Assembly: GCA_951406725.2 (NCBI GenBank)
Contig: OX597823.1
Coordinates: 75,330,001 to 75,394,000 of the forward strand
Length of the DNA stretch: 64,000 nucleotides
DNA from: Octopus vulgaris
Taxonomy: Eukaryota
Reading direction: 5' to 3'
Shown: positions 13,926 to 28,815 of the stretch, piece by piece
Position numbering within the stretch: the stretch's first letter is position 1
Layout: each line of letters starts with the position of its first letter
Made by a program: the position numbers and the translations under genes
Notes under the pieces: generated by a model
The model's input: the letters and a program-made list of their open reading frames with translations, nothing else
The model's database searches: none
Told to the model about the DNA's origin: nothing

Positions 13926-15300
13926 GGTCTTTTCCCGTTTAGCTGCCAGTTGTGATAGACGGCTGACAAGATGTCACAAATTAGCTCTGTCTATATCCAT
14001 AAATCTCATAGAGTAGACTATCCAAACCGCGCTAATTGTCCTTTGCGTAACCATTCCATACTTTTTTTTAATTCAGTTGTTGTTATTGGCCTTTCTCAGC
14101 GAATATTATCTTCTTCCGAGAGATGCTATAGTTTCTGAAGAGAGGTAATTAAGTCCATAATTCTCAATGACCGATCGCTTTCATCAAGGATTGGACAAAT
14201 TGCTGCTGGTAGGCGTGCAACTTTACTTGGAACCGTGCATTGTCTGCATATTCTAAGCATACACAGACTGAATTGTGATTTTCCGTCACATCGCGGCTAC
14301 TAACCACCCGAAAAAATCAAGCGGCTTGCATTTCCTCTTTTTTTAGCTGCCGAGTTCTTGCCTTGTTAACGTAAGGAATCCTTGTTGTTGGCATTAAAGT
14401 AATGGTCGATGGCTATTCTTGTCAGCAGCACGACGATCGGAACACAACTTCTAATTGCTTCTTCTAGTTTACTAGCTAAATGTTCTTCTAATGCATTTCT
14501 CTCTATCACTTTGCCGTTAGTAAATGCTATCGTTAATTTCACTTTGCAGTGCTTTCTATCACCTGTTATTCGCTATTGTACCTATCAATTGTCTCTTAAC
14601 CAGCTCGCTAATGTGGTTTCGGTGGTCTTTTCAGGTCATAAATCACGCGTCTGTCTCCCAATAGCTAGTTTCCTGCCTAAGAGTTCTATCTAAGGTGACC
14701 GTGGATACCAAAAATTACCAACCTGCGAATTCGAATACATTGAATTGAGGACACCCTAATCTACCTTAGTCGTTTAACCTATCAAAATACTACAACTACC
14801 ATCTGGAAGACACATCGCGGTAGCTCCTAGTTCAGATCGCACATTCGGGAAATCCAGTCGATACCTGTTTCACAGTTGTAAAAGTCTGCGGATCGTTTCT
14901 AGGTTTCTGTATTGCCCTCATTGGGTAACCCTACACAATCCCATCATAATCCCAAATAATCTCCATTTCACTACCAGTACTAAAAACACGAATCTTTCTT
15001 GCAAATTGACTGCCTCTAGTCTGAAGTCATTGCCTTTACTGTCACTCACATTTAGTATGACCAATTTACCTGGTCGAATCGAGGATGATCACATGAATAT
15101 CTAAGCCCCAAACTTTCCGACCATAAGACGAGTACGTTTTATAATTGTCAAACATCGAGCTGAATGCCTCCGTCCCAGAAATTCTGGCTTCCATACCAAT
15201 GGCTACCATATCAAGGCCAGAGTATCTACGGTCGTTTAACAAGTGAACATGCTTCCAAGCACACTACATATCATCGACATTGATACATCTTATTCTATTA
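13926..15300 (-). mobile_element. Tx1/L1-clade LINE ORF2 remnant (AP endonuclease to pre-RT region), heavily decayed
   Basis: Minus-strand fragments CINV..AWKHVHLLND..GLDMVAI, LDRTLRQETSYW (GPGYWKLN motif), HLSEEDNIR*ERPITTTEL, RGLDSLLYEIY (SPGLDGLPYE motif), ILSAVYHNWQLNG. Confidence 0.75.
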
Positions 15301-18300
15301 TTGGAAAAATTAAAGGAAGAATTCATTCACCTACGTCACTTTGAGGCATTTAGAGTGGCGGATGGTCTGTGATCTATCGAGGTGGATGTTCCTTGAAAGG
15401 TTCTTGGAATAAAATTGTATTTAAAGATTTTGCGAAAAACCCCACACTCTGTTTCCAGCTCATCTTTAAAAGCTATACTTATCGTGTTTTACTCAGTCCA
15501 TGATTCAATGAAAATATTAGATATTATCTCTGTGAGGATTACCGTCCAGTGTGCTTTGTATGACAAAAGAGCCTTAGGATATCCTACATAGCATTGAACT
15601 TCATGTGCAGGTTTCGTATCTTCTCTATGACCTGTGTGATAGTTTCAAGTAGGATAAATCACAACCAACTAAACTTTATTAAACTGTTGTGCAAGACACA
15701 TATTCGGAATTTAATGATCGATAAGAAATGATTAAATTGAAAATTGTGCTGTTATTTTCCAAGTTTTCTTTTATTTGTCCACATGTTCCTTTCCATTAGT
15801 AGATATCTGTTTATTTCTATTTTTTTGCTAATATATAACAGGAAGGAAATCGATAATTTGGAAAGAACTGTCAAAACGGATACGTTCAAGATTTTCTTAA
15901 TTTTGTTGCTTCGATGTAGTTATTCTTTTTGTTTCTCTTCCATTTGTTTTATTATTTGAAAATCATTTGCTAAAATAATCAATATCTCCCTATTTGCATT
16001 GTGTTCAGATTTATTTAAAATTATTGTTTATCAAGTTACTTTCAGTTCGGGTCATTCCCAATGGGAATGTTCCAGGTTTCTGCCTGCATACATTCAATTT
16101 CGATTTATATCAGATAGGTTCTTAGTTTTGTTCAGAAAGGAAATAATGGTTTATAATAAAAGCAATATTTCATAGCGTAATATTTTACTGGGCGGATAAT
16201 TATTTTCCGATTTTATCGTGACTTCGTTATGCAGTTTTAGAGTTTATCTCTTGCTGTTCGTTATGTAGAAATGTTGGGAAGAAGATCGATTTAGTAGCAG
16301 ATATATAATGAATGTCTGTATTTAGACAGGTGCAGAAGATGTTCTGAGCTCTATGACAAAAAATTGTGTCGATATCGGCGATTGCGTGACTAACCTCCTT
16401 CGCCAAAGTATTTGCGGCCTAATATATTTTATGAATACATTTTTCTACGGATACTCAAACAAAACATTCGTTGCACCACATGATACAAATCATAAACTTT
16501 CCGTGACTTATATACGGCAGATTATGATACGTTAGTGCTCAAATATCCGATCTAATAGAGAAGTGTGTTTCGGAAAGAAAAAAGAGAACAGGAGATAAAT
16601 GAAAAGACAAAATTAAAAAAAAAGTACAGTGAGTTATGAAGTTTTTTAAAGAAATTCACTAAGAACATTTTCCACGTTTCTAAATTTAGACCAACGTCTG
16701 ATTGTTGATTCTGTACTGAAATATGCTAAATTAACTCAAAATCCCAATACATCTGTATTTGCAACAAATATTTTTGAATCATAGTTAGACCAAAATGGAA
16801 GTCTTCCAGTATAAAATTATATAACATAACATAATATAATATGATATAATCTAATAAAACGTGATATATGTAAAGTTATCCGAAATGTACTATGACATGT
16901 ATGATGAATTAATAAGACTCTTTGTGGTATAATGCTAAAGCTGTTGGTAAAACATGTTTGCAACTCATTAAATACAGAATGGCTTAATTCTATTTTTTCT
17001 ATGCTGCAGTTTTACGTAATGCTATAGCAGAATATCGTTATTTTCATTTACTTTATGATTTAACTAATTTCACCAAATATAAACAAATTAACCAAATAGA
17101 AACATCTATATAAGCAGCTTTTTAACAGCAAATGCCACAAGATGATCTTAGCGTTATGAGGAATTCCAACCACGTTAGAATTAAAAGTGAAATAATAAGA
17201 GTGAAATAATAAAAGTGAAACTATACAACCTTATCACATTAGAATTAGATGTGAAAGAATATTATATCACATTACAATATATATGTTATTCTTTCACTTT
17301 TGATATGTAATACCGAATAAGTGCAATATTATATTATTTTAATCTAAATGACAAAAATTACTTGTTGTCACTCAGGGTGTCTGATACCATGACCTTGTAA
17401 AATGTGATTTGATTTGGTCGGGCCGTTTGAGAATGCATAAAGATCAGACAGAATGAGACAAAGTATTATATATATATATACATATATATATATGCAGAGA
17501 GAGAGAAAGAGGGGGCGTCAGAGAGAGGGAGAGAAAGAAAGAGAGTACCATTAGCTACGATGTATTATACTTGTAAGCTGCTAGCAATCCATTTATATAC
17601 TGTAAGTATATTAAAATATTTCTGATGGAGATTCCGTCTTTCGTAACGCAAAATAATAGCTTCTTTGGAATGTGAGAATATTTTTTTATAAATAAATAAT
17701 GAAGTGCCTGAGTTAGAATTTTTGAAACGAAGGAAATCTCAAGGATGACGTAGCCCAATGATACAGAGTTCTCAGCTGGGATCTGAGAGGTATAGATTTG
17801 AGACCACTAGAGGTGTTTGCTGGCCAACTGTTTTTTTTTTTGTTGTTTGTTTTTACAGCTACAATTGTACTTTACCTGATGCTCTAAGGCCGAGAATACA
17901 GAATTCAGTTTTCTAACAAGTTGGAAATTAAAACTACCTTTTGATATTAACACTGCTTCAGTTGCATATATTTTGTTTTAAATATGGTTCCTTATATGCC
18001 ATATCAGTGTCCGGAAATCTGCTGCTATTCTATATTTCGTTGCAGTGATATTTGACTCGTTTCCTGTAGAGTTAAAGCACGTGATATAGAAATTTCGGCT
18101 CTCAGGATACGCAATTTAATTCTGCTACAATCTATGTGTGTGGGCTTCTAGGAACCAATCGCCTATATAACAGAATCTCACAAAGCTAATAACGCGTGAT
18201 TCGATAGGGACAAAGAGTGGGGATAGGGAGAGGGGAGAGAGAGACAGACAGACAGAGAAAGAGAGAGAATGAGATGGAGGGTGAGACAGAGACAGAGAGA

Positions 18301-18751
18301 TAGAGATAGAATGAGGGAGAGAGGCAGGTACAGAGAGAAAGACAGAGAGTGAGGTAGTTGGAAGAGGAGAGAGAGACGACATTTTCCAGTATTTAACGTA
18401 TATGCGTTCACAAGTGCCGCTGATTATTAATATCTGTACAGTACAAACAGAGCGCCTTATGATGTTTCGTTTGAATAAGAGTGCTTTGCGAAGCGGCTTA
18501 TACGTGTTCTACAATACTGCATATTGATCCGTGCATTTGTGTAACATAAGACCCATTGATTTCTTGAGAACATTTGAGTCTTTCCCACATAAACCGTGTA
18601 TATTCTGCAATAGTCTGGTTTATCTTCGCGGATGAGTAAAGAAACAGTTATTTGGTTGTAAATTTGTCTCTATGCAAATAAGTGTATGAGTATCTTACAT
18701 ATAACTGTGAGTCATAAACATTCCTGATTGACTGTCAGAATTCATATTCTC

Positions 18752-19075
18752 TTATTATTTTACTTGTTTCTGTCATCTAAGTGTGGCCACGCTGGAACAC
18801 GGCGTTGAAGTGGTTTAGCTGAACAAATCGACCCCAGGTCTTATTTTTTAAGCCTGGTACATATTCTGTCGGTCTGTTTTGCCGAACGACGAAGTTACGG
18901 GGACGTAAATACACCAGCACGGGTTTTTAAGTGGTGAAGGGGAGAAAACGTAGACACAAGGACACACACACAAACATATGGCGAGTTTCTACCAGTTTCC
19001 ATCTACCAAATCCTCTGGCAAAGCTTTAAATGGAGTGACCGAGGTTAGATTAGAAGACAGTTGCTTCAGGATAGC
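18752..19075 (-). mobile_element. Family B SINE
   Basis: GTGGCCACGCTGGAACAC...AAATCGACCCCAGG...TTGCCGAACG...GTTACGGGGACGTAAATACACCAGCA; homologous to 20884-21290. Confidence 0.8.
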
Positions 19076-20576
19076 CAAAGCCTAGTGAATGGATTTGGTA
19101 GAGAGAAACTGAACGATCCACTCAGTATAAGTGTGCGACTGCATGGTACACCCCATTAGTATATTTTTGAGAGAGATGTGTTGTATTCTGTTGAAAAATT
19201 CTATTCATTGGCAATAATGGTTTCAATTGTACAAGAATTAGAATAATGAATTAAAATACATTTATAATTCAGAGCTTTAGAAGAAATGAATTCCGTTAAA
19301 GATACATCATTAAAAAGGAGAATGAAAAATCGTAATCCCACAAAACTATTCAGCCGTAAAAAATTAGGAATAAGCTTCAGCGGCTTCAAGGAATTTCCAT
19401 TTCATATATCTAGTAAAGTAATTATGTTACTTGCAAGTAATATGCTTTCACATAGGCAAGTATATGTCGATCTCGGGAGAACTGAAATGTATTGGTATGT
19501 TTTAAGTTAGAAAAATCTTCAATGCTTCCTGACACAGTTTTTACATTGTTAAGTCATACTTAATAAATTTTGCGCCATCTTAGTTTCTTTAAGTTAAGAA
19601 TCTTTACACACAGACGGAAATATAAGTATTCATACATACATGGGCGCGCGCACGTACACAAACTCACACAAACACACAAACACTCACACATACACTCACA
19701 CACACACATGCACACGCACGCACACGCACAAACATTTGTATATAAGCGAGAAGGCCAACAGAAGAAAGAGTGAGAGAAAGTTGCGGCGCAAGAGTACATC
19801 GTGTCCGCTGACTTAACCACTTGGCCATTGTGCCTCCAGACATTTCCATATATACGAATATTTAATTTATTCTGAAATATGTTTTGGGAAGCAACCACTA
19901 TTATGAAATATAACAACACCTGCTTTCGAGAGAGAATAAAGTTGGTAGAATAGTCAGTGACACTGAACTGCATCGACTAGAAACACAATCTCACATAGAC
20001 ATTTGTTTTTCTATCTTTGAACATAATCTATTAAATGTACTATTTTGCAGTTATAATTGTTATAGATTTAAGTTTTATTTTCATCAGTAATATTTTCTGA
20101 AAAGTTATCCCTGAGTAAATAATTTATTTTGGCTACAGAATGTGTAATAATTTAAGCAGAAACTTTCTTTTAGTGTGGCATTGTGAAAAACTGAATTGAT
20201 CAATGTAAGAGGGTTACTTCAAATATCCAATTATATTATTACTATTAACTAAATTCTATGATGCACAATGTGTGAAATATTTCAACAATCCATTCGATAG
20301 ATCAGCGACTAGATGGCATGAATTGATTCACAGCCTTTATTGAATGCAGAAATGTTATTTAGAAGGATATAGCTTGATGGAAAGCATCCCGTTATTGACA
20401 TTTAAATATGCATACAATCTAAACAGGTATAACTATCACTTTAATCCTGCCGGTAGTAGTAAATTTGATTGCATATCAATATATTCCTTTCAACGTATCA
20501 TAATACGCTTGAGGAAATTGTTGTATGTAAAAGGATAGAATTTAAGGTGTAGTTTTCGTTCAACTTGTTAGCAATT

Positions 20577-20620
20577 GACAGCACCATTTATGCGATAGTT
20601 ATCGCATAAATGGTGCTGTC
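20577..20620. repeat. Perfect 44-bp palindrome (21-bp arms, 2-nt loop)
   Basis: GACAGCACCATTTATGCGATA-GT-TATCGCATAAATGGTGCTGTC. Confidence 0.95.
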
Positions 20621-20883
20621 TTTCTATCCTTCGACATCTGACTCATTTCATTTCATCCGGTAACTGAGTCTGAGATAAAGCTTAGAAAATGTGATTACAT
20701 TCTCTAACGAAATGCACAGTTAGAATACACACTTACAGATTGTGTGATTTTATTTACCTGGCAAGTTATTTTGATCAACATGAAATTGGGCTATTTATAT
20801 ATTTTTTCTTATATAAAGTTGAAAAATATTACTGATATTCATTTTACATTATAGCCAATTGCAGAGATTATACTTCAGATATA

Positions 20884-21059
20884 CTCTTTTACTTGTGATT
20901 TGGGCCATGCTGGAGCACCGCCTTTAGTTGAGCAAATCGACCCCAGGACTTATTCTTTGTAAGCCTAGTACTTATACTATCGGTCTCTTTTGCCGAACCG
21001 CAAAGTTATGGGGACGTAAACACTCCAGCATCGGTTGTCAAGCGATGTTCGGGTGACAA

Positions 21060-21090
<31 letters not shown>

Positions 21091-21290
21091 TACTCACACA
21101 CACACACACGCACATATATATATATATTCATATACATATATACGACGTGCTTCTTTCAGTTTCCGTTTACCAAATACACTCACAAGGTTTTGGTCAGCCC
21201 GAGGCTATAGTAGAAGACACTTGCCCAAGATGCCACGCATCGGGACTGAACCCGGAACCATGTGGTTTTGTAAGCGAGCTACGTACCACG
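20884..21290 (-). mobile_element. Family B tRNA-derived SINE, near full length
   Basis: Minus-strand head CGTGGTACG...GGTTCCGGGTTCAGTCCC (A/B boxes), internal (CA)n, tail GGCGGTGCTCCAGCATGGCC...AGTAAAAGAGT. Confidence 0.88.
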
Positions 21291-23351
21291 TAGTCGCTCA
21301 GTTATTGTTTCAGAAGTTCGACATTAAATTATGTATGCAAAAAAGCATGAAATAATTAAACTGGCCTCAGATGTAGTTTGATATGGAATGTAAAAGAGAG
21401 ATAACTGTGTATATAGGGAGAATACAGTCATTTGTGTGTATGGCTAAGTGGTAACATAAATTTAGCACGTGTGTAGCACTTACTACACAAACCTCTACTA
21501 GATAAAATATATAACGATAATATGGACAAATTATAAATTTTGAATGATAAATCTCACGAGAAATGCCGTACGATGATATAATGATTCTGCAAATTGCTGA
21601 ATGTACTTGATTAACATTGAGATGCATTAGGATTTGGGTTAGGATTCTGTGTCCAGGCAAGCTTTGGAATGGACACGATAGGTTTTATTTCATTCTGATA
21701 TTCACTACGTTGACAACTTATTATCCGGAGACAAATGGAGCGTTCATCTACAGTTGATTTACAGTTCGCCGTGTCAAAACATGCATTCGAAAGAATTATC
21801 CCTATTATGAATTTACTAAAACGTGTTTCATAACACGAAAACTAAAATTCCCAGTGAATTAATTATAATTTATAAATGTTGCTTCGAAGACCGCTCGAAT
21901 ATATTTTACCGTATTATTAAGATAGAAAACAACAGCTTGTGGAGATAACAGCTACAGTGTTATCAGAAAAAATTCTATTAGAATTTGTGATGAAAATATA
22001 TGTTATTAGAAATTGCTTTTTTTTTCAGTCGAATTCTTTTAAATACAATAAAAAAATATATCAATAAATTATATTGACAATAGATACTAGTCAATACCAG
22101 ACTGTGTATTTACTTTATACTTCCTTCGATTTATTGTTATATGTCTGATGCATATATCTTTGAATGAATATTGCAAGAGTATTACGCAGATGGTGAAAAC
22201 ATGTAACTGAATATGGACACGTCGCTCGGCACTTTTCCAGAACTGACATTCCTATAAAAGCAATCGGTCCAAATGACTGAATAAACTGCAAACCATCTGT
22301 GCTGTGACCAATACTCTTTTCCTGTAATACTGTTCGCAGTTCTTCAGAAAGTAATGTTCTAAAGAAAACAATGTAGGTTTAAATCTTCAAATATGTATGT
22401 AGATTTAATAATTCCTGTAGAAATAAAAGTGAATGGAGACGTAAGGATACGACCGGTTTATGAGAAATGAACATTTGTTCTGAATTTCTCTTTCAGATGT
22501 TTCATCTTAATGCTCAGTAAAATAAGGAGAATCCATGTGTTACATCTGTTTGTGCACAACTAATTTAAATTCCAAATAAACTGCAGGTTTAAAGTGCAAG
22601 TTGCACTGTGATCGATGCAGCTTTCTTTTAAGTTTGTGCTTACTGGTGAAAATGCTTTTCTTTTAGGCATTTATCGATTCTACACTTCAAATGTATTTTA
22701 CCCTATTTCGCAATTTTTCTTTTTTTGTTTTGATATTATATATGAAATATATTACATATGAATTTACTCCGTATAATATATTTGAAATTTGGAAACAGAA
22801 GCACAAAAACTCGATAACACTAAAGTGGTAAGCAATTTTGTCAGTTGCTGGGATGGATCAATCGAGTGAAGTACCTCTCGTTAGCTCGTAGAACAAAATA
22901 TGTAGTTAATACATGTGTTTATAGATGTAGATACGCAACAAACGGGGAGACAACATCGAATCAATAGGAATTTTATTCTATAAATCTACGTTATCGCTGT
23001 AGGTATTAATATTCAGTAGTATACATAGGGAAAAAAATATGGTTTTAATATTAGTAGAAAATGCAATTTTGAAAAATTGCATTCCACGATCGAATGAAAT
23101 TATAAATCAGTGTTAAGGGATGTACTATCTGGAAATGGTGTAATAAAATTGATATATCAAACTTTATGACCAGAGTGTAAACATATCGCAATGATGAAAA
23201 TAGAAAACTGCTGAACGTGAAATGTAGTGGGTGTAGTCTTAATCCAATAAAGGAATCTCCTTCCTGACGGCTAAAACATATTATCACTAACAACATGCTG
23301 CATTAAAACCGATTGAAACAAAGGTTATTTAACGGGATACTCCTTATAAAA

Positions 23352-23455
23352 TCACCTTAGGAGATGCGTCTGCAACTAGGGCTGTACCACAACCAGACGT
23401 ATAGTATTGCAATCACGAGCGACCGATGCCAGGTGCGTCGAAACGATCGTTATGA
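23352..23455 (+). ncRNA. Decayed type I hammerhead ribozyme with long stem II (family 2), upstream of AATAAA and (TA)n
   Basis: TCAC-CTTAGGA (CTGAGGA with one change)-GATGCGTCTG...CAGGTGCGTC (10-bp stem II, 3 G.U)-GAAAC-GATC-GTT-ATGA; palindromic stem III ACGATCGT. Confidence 0.55.
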
Positions 23456-23500
23456 GCAATAAAAGTTCTCGTATATTCCATTTTCTGTCTCCATTATTCG

Positions 23501-23550
<50 letters not shown>

Positions 23551-23554
23551 CATT

Positions 23555-24690
23555 GTGTGTGTGTGTATGTGTGTGCGTGTTTCCTTTATGCACGGCCAAA
23601 CCGCTGGATCGATCTGTACCAAATTTGGCTTCAAGAATTTTCATAACTCAGGGAAAGTTCTAGAGGCGGGGGCAAATTTTGGCCCTTGCCTATATAGAGG
23701 GGATGTGGACCCTCTATACGAACCTTACGATTTTTTTGGCAGCGGTAAAATAGTTTCACTTTTATTATTTCACTTTTCACAAGACTATAATATTGTTTTA
23801 CTTTTCATTTACTAGTTGTTTCACTTTTATTCTTATTGGCTGTCTGTGTGTATGTGTGTTTTATCTAGGCACGGGTAAACCAACTTTGGCTGTCTGGAAA
23901 GATTCTGAAACGCTATTTAATTGTAATAATGAAACAAGAGGTTTAAAGAAAAAGAAGCGGTAAGATTTATAAATAACGAAAGTTCTTCATTTCGACAGAC
24001 ATTTATACACTGTAGGAACAATAAACTTTATAAATTTTGAAGTTCAATACGTCCGTGATATCGACATAGGTTATTCAAATAATTATTCGTGGAATGGACC
24101 TAATAAAATTAGTTAGAGAGCACTCGACGTTTCATAATTACATCTGATGTGACTATTTCTACTTAGATATTGGTCTTACCTCAGACTCGAAATCGAATCT
24201 ACATTTTCTCCCTAGCCATACGGCCTATTGTTCTGGACGGCCAAGCCTCTGGATCAATCTGTACCAAATTTGGCACGGAGATTGTTTCCTTACTCGAAGA
24301 ATCTTCTAGGGGTGGGCGGATGTTACTAAATGTTTAACTCTTTCAAAAACATAAATATGTTTTGCATACTTGCCGTTTACGTCGGTTTTAATTTTTCGCC
24401 TTAATGGTAAACGATTCTGACAGAAGCAAACGCGGCATTGCGTAATTATCCGTCATACGTCTACGACCCCACCTCTTTTTGTTTAAAGTAAAGATAAAAA
24501 CTTTGTTTGTTGTGATAATGAAAGAAGAGGTTTAGTCCTTACCGCCAAAATTCATCTCTCTAGGAAATTATAAGGGTGACGATGTCTTCATTCCACGGAT
24601 CCCATTAATCCTATGCGACATCCCTATGAATATAAAAGGCTCCAGTTCCCAGCGAAACAAAGTTTCGCATGGTACATAAAAAGTCTCAGG
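23555..24690 (+). mobile_element. Possible non-autonomous Helitron-like relic with internal repeats
   Basis: (TG)n followed by GCACGGCCAAACCGCTGGATCGATCTGTACCAAATTTGG (23590) and diverged copies at ~23870 and ~24236; the motif resembles the 5' region of invertebrate non-autonomous Helitrons; termini not resolved. Confidence 0.45.
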
Positions 24691-24990
24691 TATAATCTCT
24701 CAACATTATTGGACTTAACCTTGCTTCTCCTTGCTTCTCTAATGGGCGATTATATGTAGTATAAGTCCCAAAACTATTTTTCTTCGTACACGAAATAAAG
24801 GAAACACTGAAAATATTGTATATTTAGAAGTTCTGTGGAACTGGGATTCATTTCAGGATTTGATTTAATAACTTTGTTTCTACTCACGTCATGTGATAGA
24901 ATTTTTCAGAAAATATATTTTCTATCAGAATAAAGAAATTCATTTCCTTTAACATTCTTTCAGCTTCCGAGCAACATCGGGTACTTTGGC

Positions 24991-25031
24991 GTGTGTGTGT
25001 GTGTGTGTGTGTGTTTGTGTATGTGTGTTTT

Positions 25032-25071
<40 letters not shown>

Positions 25072-25155
25072 TGTGTGTGTGTGTGTATGTGTGTGTGTGT
25101 GTGTGTGTGTGTCTGTGTGTCTGTTTGTCTGTGTGTCTGTGTCTGTGTGTCTGTG
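24991..25155. repeat. (GT)n microsatellite
   Basis: Directly visible. Confidence 0.97.
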
Positions 25156-26249
25156 ACTGCCTACATGTCTTTGTTTCTGTTTGCAATGTATATAAACCAG
25201 TTTTGGAAATAAACACTTTTATTAGAGTCATTAACAAACGTTCTGTGACAATGTTATACAGCACAAACATTATCATCCGATGGGATACGACAGTTGGTAA
25301 CGTCCTTGTGTGTGTAATTATTGTTAATGTTGGTCTCCACGTCGTTGCTCTTGTTGCTACTTCTTCTGTTGTTTTTTTTCAAAGCTGTACATAGTCCAAA
25401 CTCATTGATCTGATGTTGTTGCTACTGTTATTCGGATTTTCTTTCTTACTGGCGTTGATCTCTTCTTCGATGCTTCTGCGGCTATAGTTTATATTGTAAT
25501 CTGCTAACGTTCTTGGAGATGTGATATTGGCAGTAGTTGGAAAATCAACTCCATTCAATTAGGCAAGCGTATAAATTATGTTATCTTTTCCATGTCCTCT
25601 AGTTTGAACGCCCCTAATGTGAACTTACACCAAAATGATGCTTTCATTTGATGCAGGTAAGTGATTCATTGCCGACCGATGAGAATCAAACCAACAGACA
25701 TCAGATGTCCAAACTAGGTGAATCAGTTTTCATGTTGAAAAAACAGACACTTATACCGCTATATGTTGGGCGTATGGTTAATTATAGTTTGCAAATGGGA
25801 ATTACATAGAGTTTCAGCGCACGGGCTTCGATTTTGAAGAAGATTTGTACAATACCGAACGTAATATTTATGTATTAAACTCGATGACTTAATTTATTTT
25901 TATTCTCATTTTGAAGACTCATATTTTATAGATAATAGTTTATCTTAGTTTGTATTCTTTGCTTTGTTTCCTTTTGTAAATAGAAGGACGATCATTTAGA
26001 TTTCAAATTTTTGTTAATGTCATTTCTGGAGGACAAGTACTATTATTGTTTCCGGTAGAGAATGGTATTTTCCGCTGACATTCAAAATAATTTTCCCCGG
26101 TAATTCCTTTTTTCCTTTTAATATAACTGTTTTTCCGGTTATTAAGTTTTCCGTTTCGTTTGCTAACCTTGGACTAATTGAAAAATATTTCCTTTCTTGC
26201 CAATAAAGCTATGCTACACATTGTAAACTTAAACCTTCCGACTACATGA

Positions 26250-26299
<50 letters not shown>

Positions 26300-26354
26300 C
26301 TATATATATATAGATAGATAAATAGACAGATAGATAGGTAGATAGATAGATATA

Positions 26355-26510
26355 TGCAGGAGTACCTATGTGGTAAGAAGCATGGTTCTCAATTACGTGG
26401 TTGCCAGTTTAATCACACTACGTGGTGTCATGGGCAAGTTTGTTTATTTTGGTCGCCAAAAAACATTTGAGGGGACTTGGTTAACAGAAAGGGAAAGGAG
26501 CCGGTGGTGT
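26355..26510 (+). mobile_element. Family B SINE 5' part, diverged
   Basis: GCAGGAGTACCTATGTGGTAAGAAGC...CACTACGTGGTGTCATGGGCAAG followed by microsatellite. Confidence 0.6.
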
Positions 26511-26535
26511 ATATATCTATCTATATATCTATGTA

Positions 26536-26648
<113 letters not shown>

Positions 26649-26693
26649 ATGCATATATGTATATATATGTGTGTATGTATATGTATGCATGCC

Positions 26694-26724
<31 letters not shown>

Positions 26725-26872
26725 TACGTTATATTTCTATATGTATGTGTGAGAGAAATTTTTGTCTCATAATGTTGTAGGAAGAATTCGGCCACATGGT
26801 AATAAGAGTGCTGTTCCTTTGTGTCGTTGCGTGCCTCTCCACATGTGCGTAGAGAAATGGTCAGTAGAAAGT

Positions 26873-26925
<53 letters not shown>

Positions 26926-26940
26926 TTATTATATAGAAGG

Positions 26941-26991
26941 AGCTTCTACAGGACTAGAACTGTTTCATTCAAGAGAAATCTTCAGGAAGCT
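26941..26991 (-). ncRNA. Type I hammerhead ribozyme, inverted identical copy
   Basis: Exact reverse complement of 29341-29391. Confidence 0.85.
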
Positions 26992-27508
26992 AGTTAACAA
27001 GAATTGTATTGGCATTTATACATTTAGGCAGGTTTAAAGGGGTGTTGGTGGGGGACTTTTTGGGGGTAGGCATAGCGCAAAGTATCATACTTGGGGGAGT
27101 GGTCAAGGAGTCAGGGTTAAATTAGATAGAAGAATAAATAAAAAAATAAATAAATACATAAAAAAATAAAAAAATAAAAAATAAAATATATATATATAAA
27201 AAAAGGGGAAATAGAGTTTTAGGTAAATAAGGAGATTCTCACTTATACCTATGCACATATGTATACATATATACACACACATACAAACATATATACATAT
27301 ACATACACACATACATACACACACACATATATATACACTTACACATACATATACATATCTACACATACACATATATGTATACATATACACACAGAAAAAT
27401 TTATATACACATACACACACATATATCCACACACACACATGCACACACAGCAGCACATTAGTCCCTATATACACATATATACACATACACACATATATAC
27501 ACACACAT

Positions 27509-27565
<57 letters not shown>

Positions 27566-27982
27566 TATATACACATGTGTACCTATGCTTACCTCCACAT
27601 ACACAGATACAAATACAGACCCATTCCCTAATTTTAATTTTATTATCTTCGGTTTATTACTTTTGTTATCTTTGGCCGCTCGGTCACAAACATCTTGGCT
27701 ATGACAGCCTGTCCATTTATCTGTCTACTGGAAAACAAGCCCTCATTCACTCACGCGCACTTTTTAGCACGTACACTCACTCATTCGTACACTCATACAC
27801 ATACACGTACGCACGCGTTATATTCATACATACATACATCTACATACATTCACGTATATACACATACGTACGCGTACCTACAGATTCATGTCTACACTCT
27901 TAGAAGGCTAGTCTATACATATACACCAATAAATATAAATACACGCACATATATATACACCTACATACAAATACATACATGT

Positions 27983-28025
<43 letters not shown>

Positions 28026-28219
28026 CATATATATACACATATATACACACACACATATATACATATATATACACACATACACACATATACATATATATAT
28101 ACACACACATACACATACATACATATACACACATACACATACATACGTATACATACATCCATACATCCATACATACATACATTTATACACATACACACAC
28201 CCACATACATACATATATA

Positions 28220-28259
<40 letters not shown>

Positions 28260-28713
28260 TACACACACATACATATACATACATACATATACAAATATAC
28301 GCACACACTTACATATATACTCATATACACATACACGCACATACACATGTACATGCGTACCCAAACACACACACACACACGCGCGCATCCATATATACAC
28401 ATAAGTACACACATGCGTAAAAGTATACATATATCTATGCTTACACATACACACACACACACGCGCCTCCTTATATCCATACTTACATGCATACTCAAAA
28501 AATAAGTAAATAGTAAAATATATATACGCGCAGTTATTCATACATGCATACTCAAAATTTAATAATAAATATTAAGTATATGTACGTGCAGTTACCTATT
28601 ATATAGACATAATAAAATAAAGATAATAAAGATAATAAAATTAAAATTAGGGAATGGGTCTGTATTTGTATGTGTATATATATATGTGTGTATGTGGAGG
28701 TAAGCATAGGTAC

Positions 28714-28815
<102 letters not shown>

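Noticed and set aside
19800-19840. tRNA-like sequences (also ~17740 and the SINE heads)
   Set aside because: A/B-box fragments of SINEs with no cloverleaf; not tRNA genes
25603-25662. AG...CAG|GTAAGT 54-nt exon-like segment
   Set aside because: Stops in all three frames and no partner exon; could only be UTR or a start exon, unsupported
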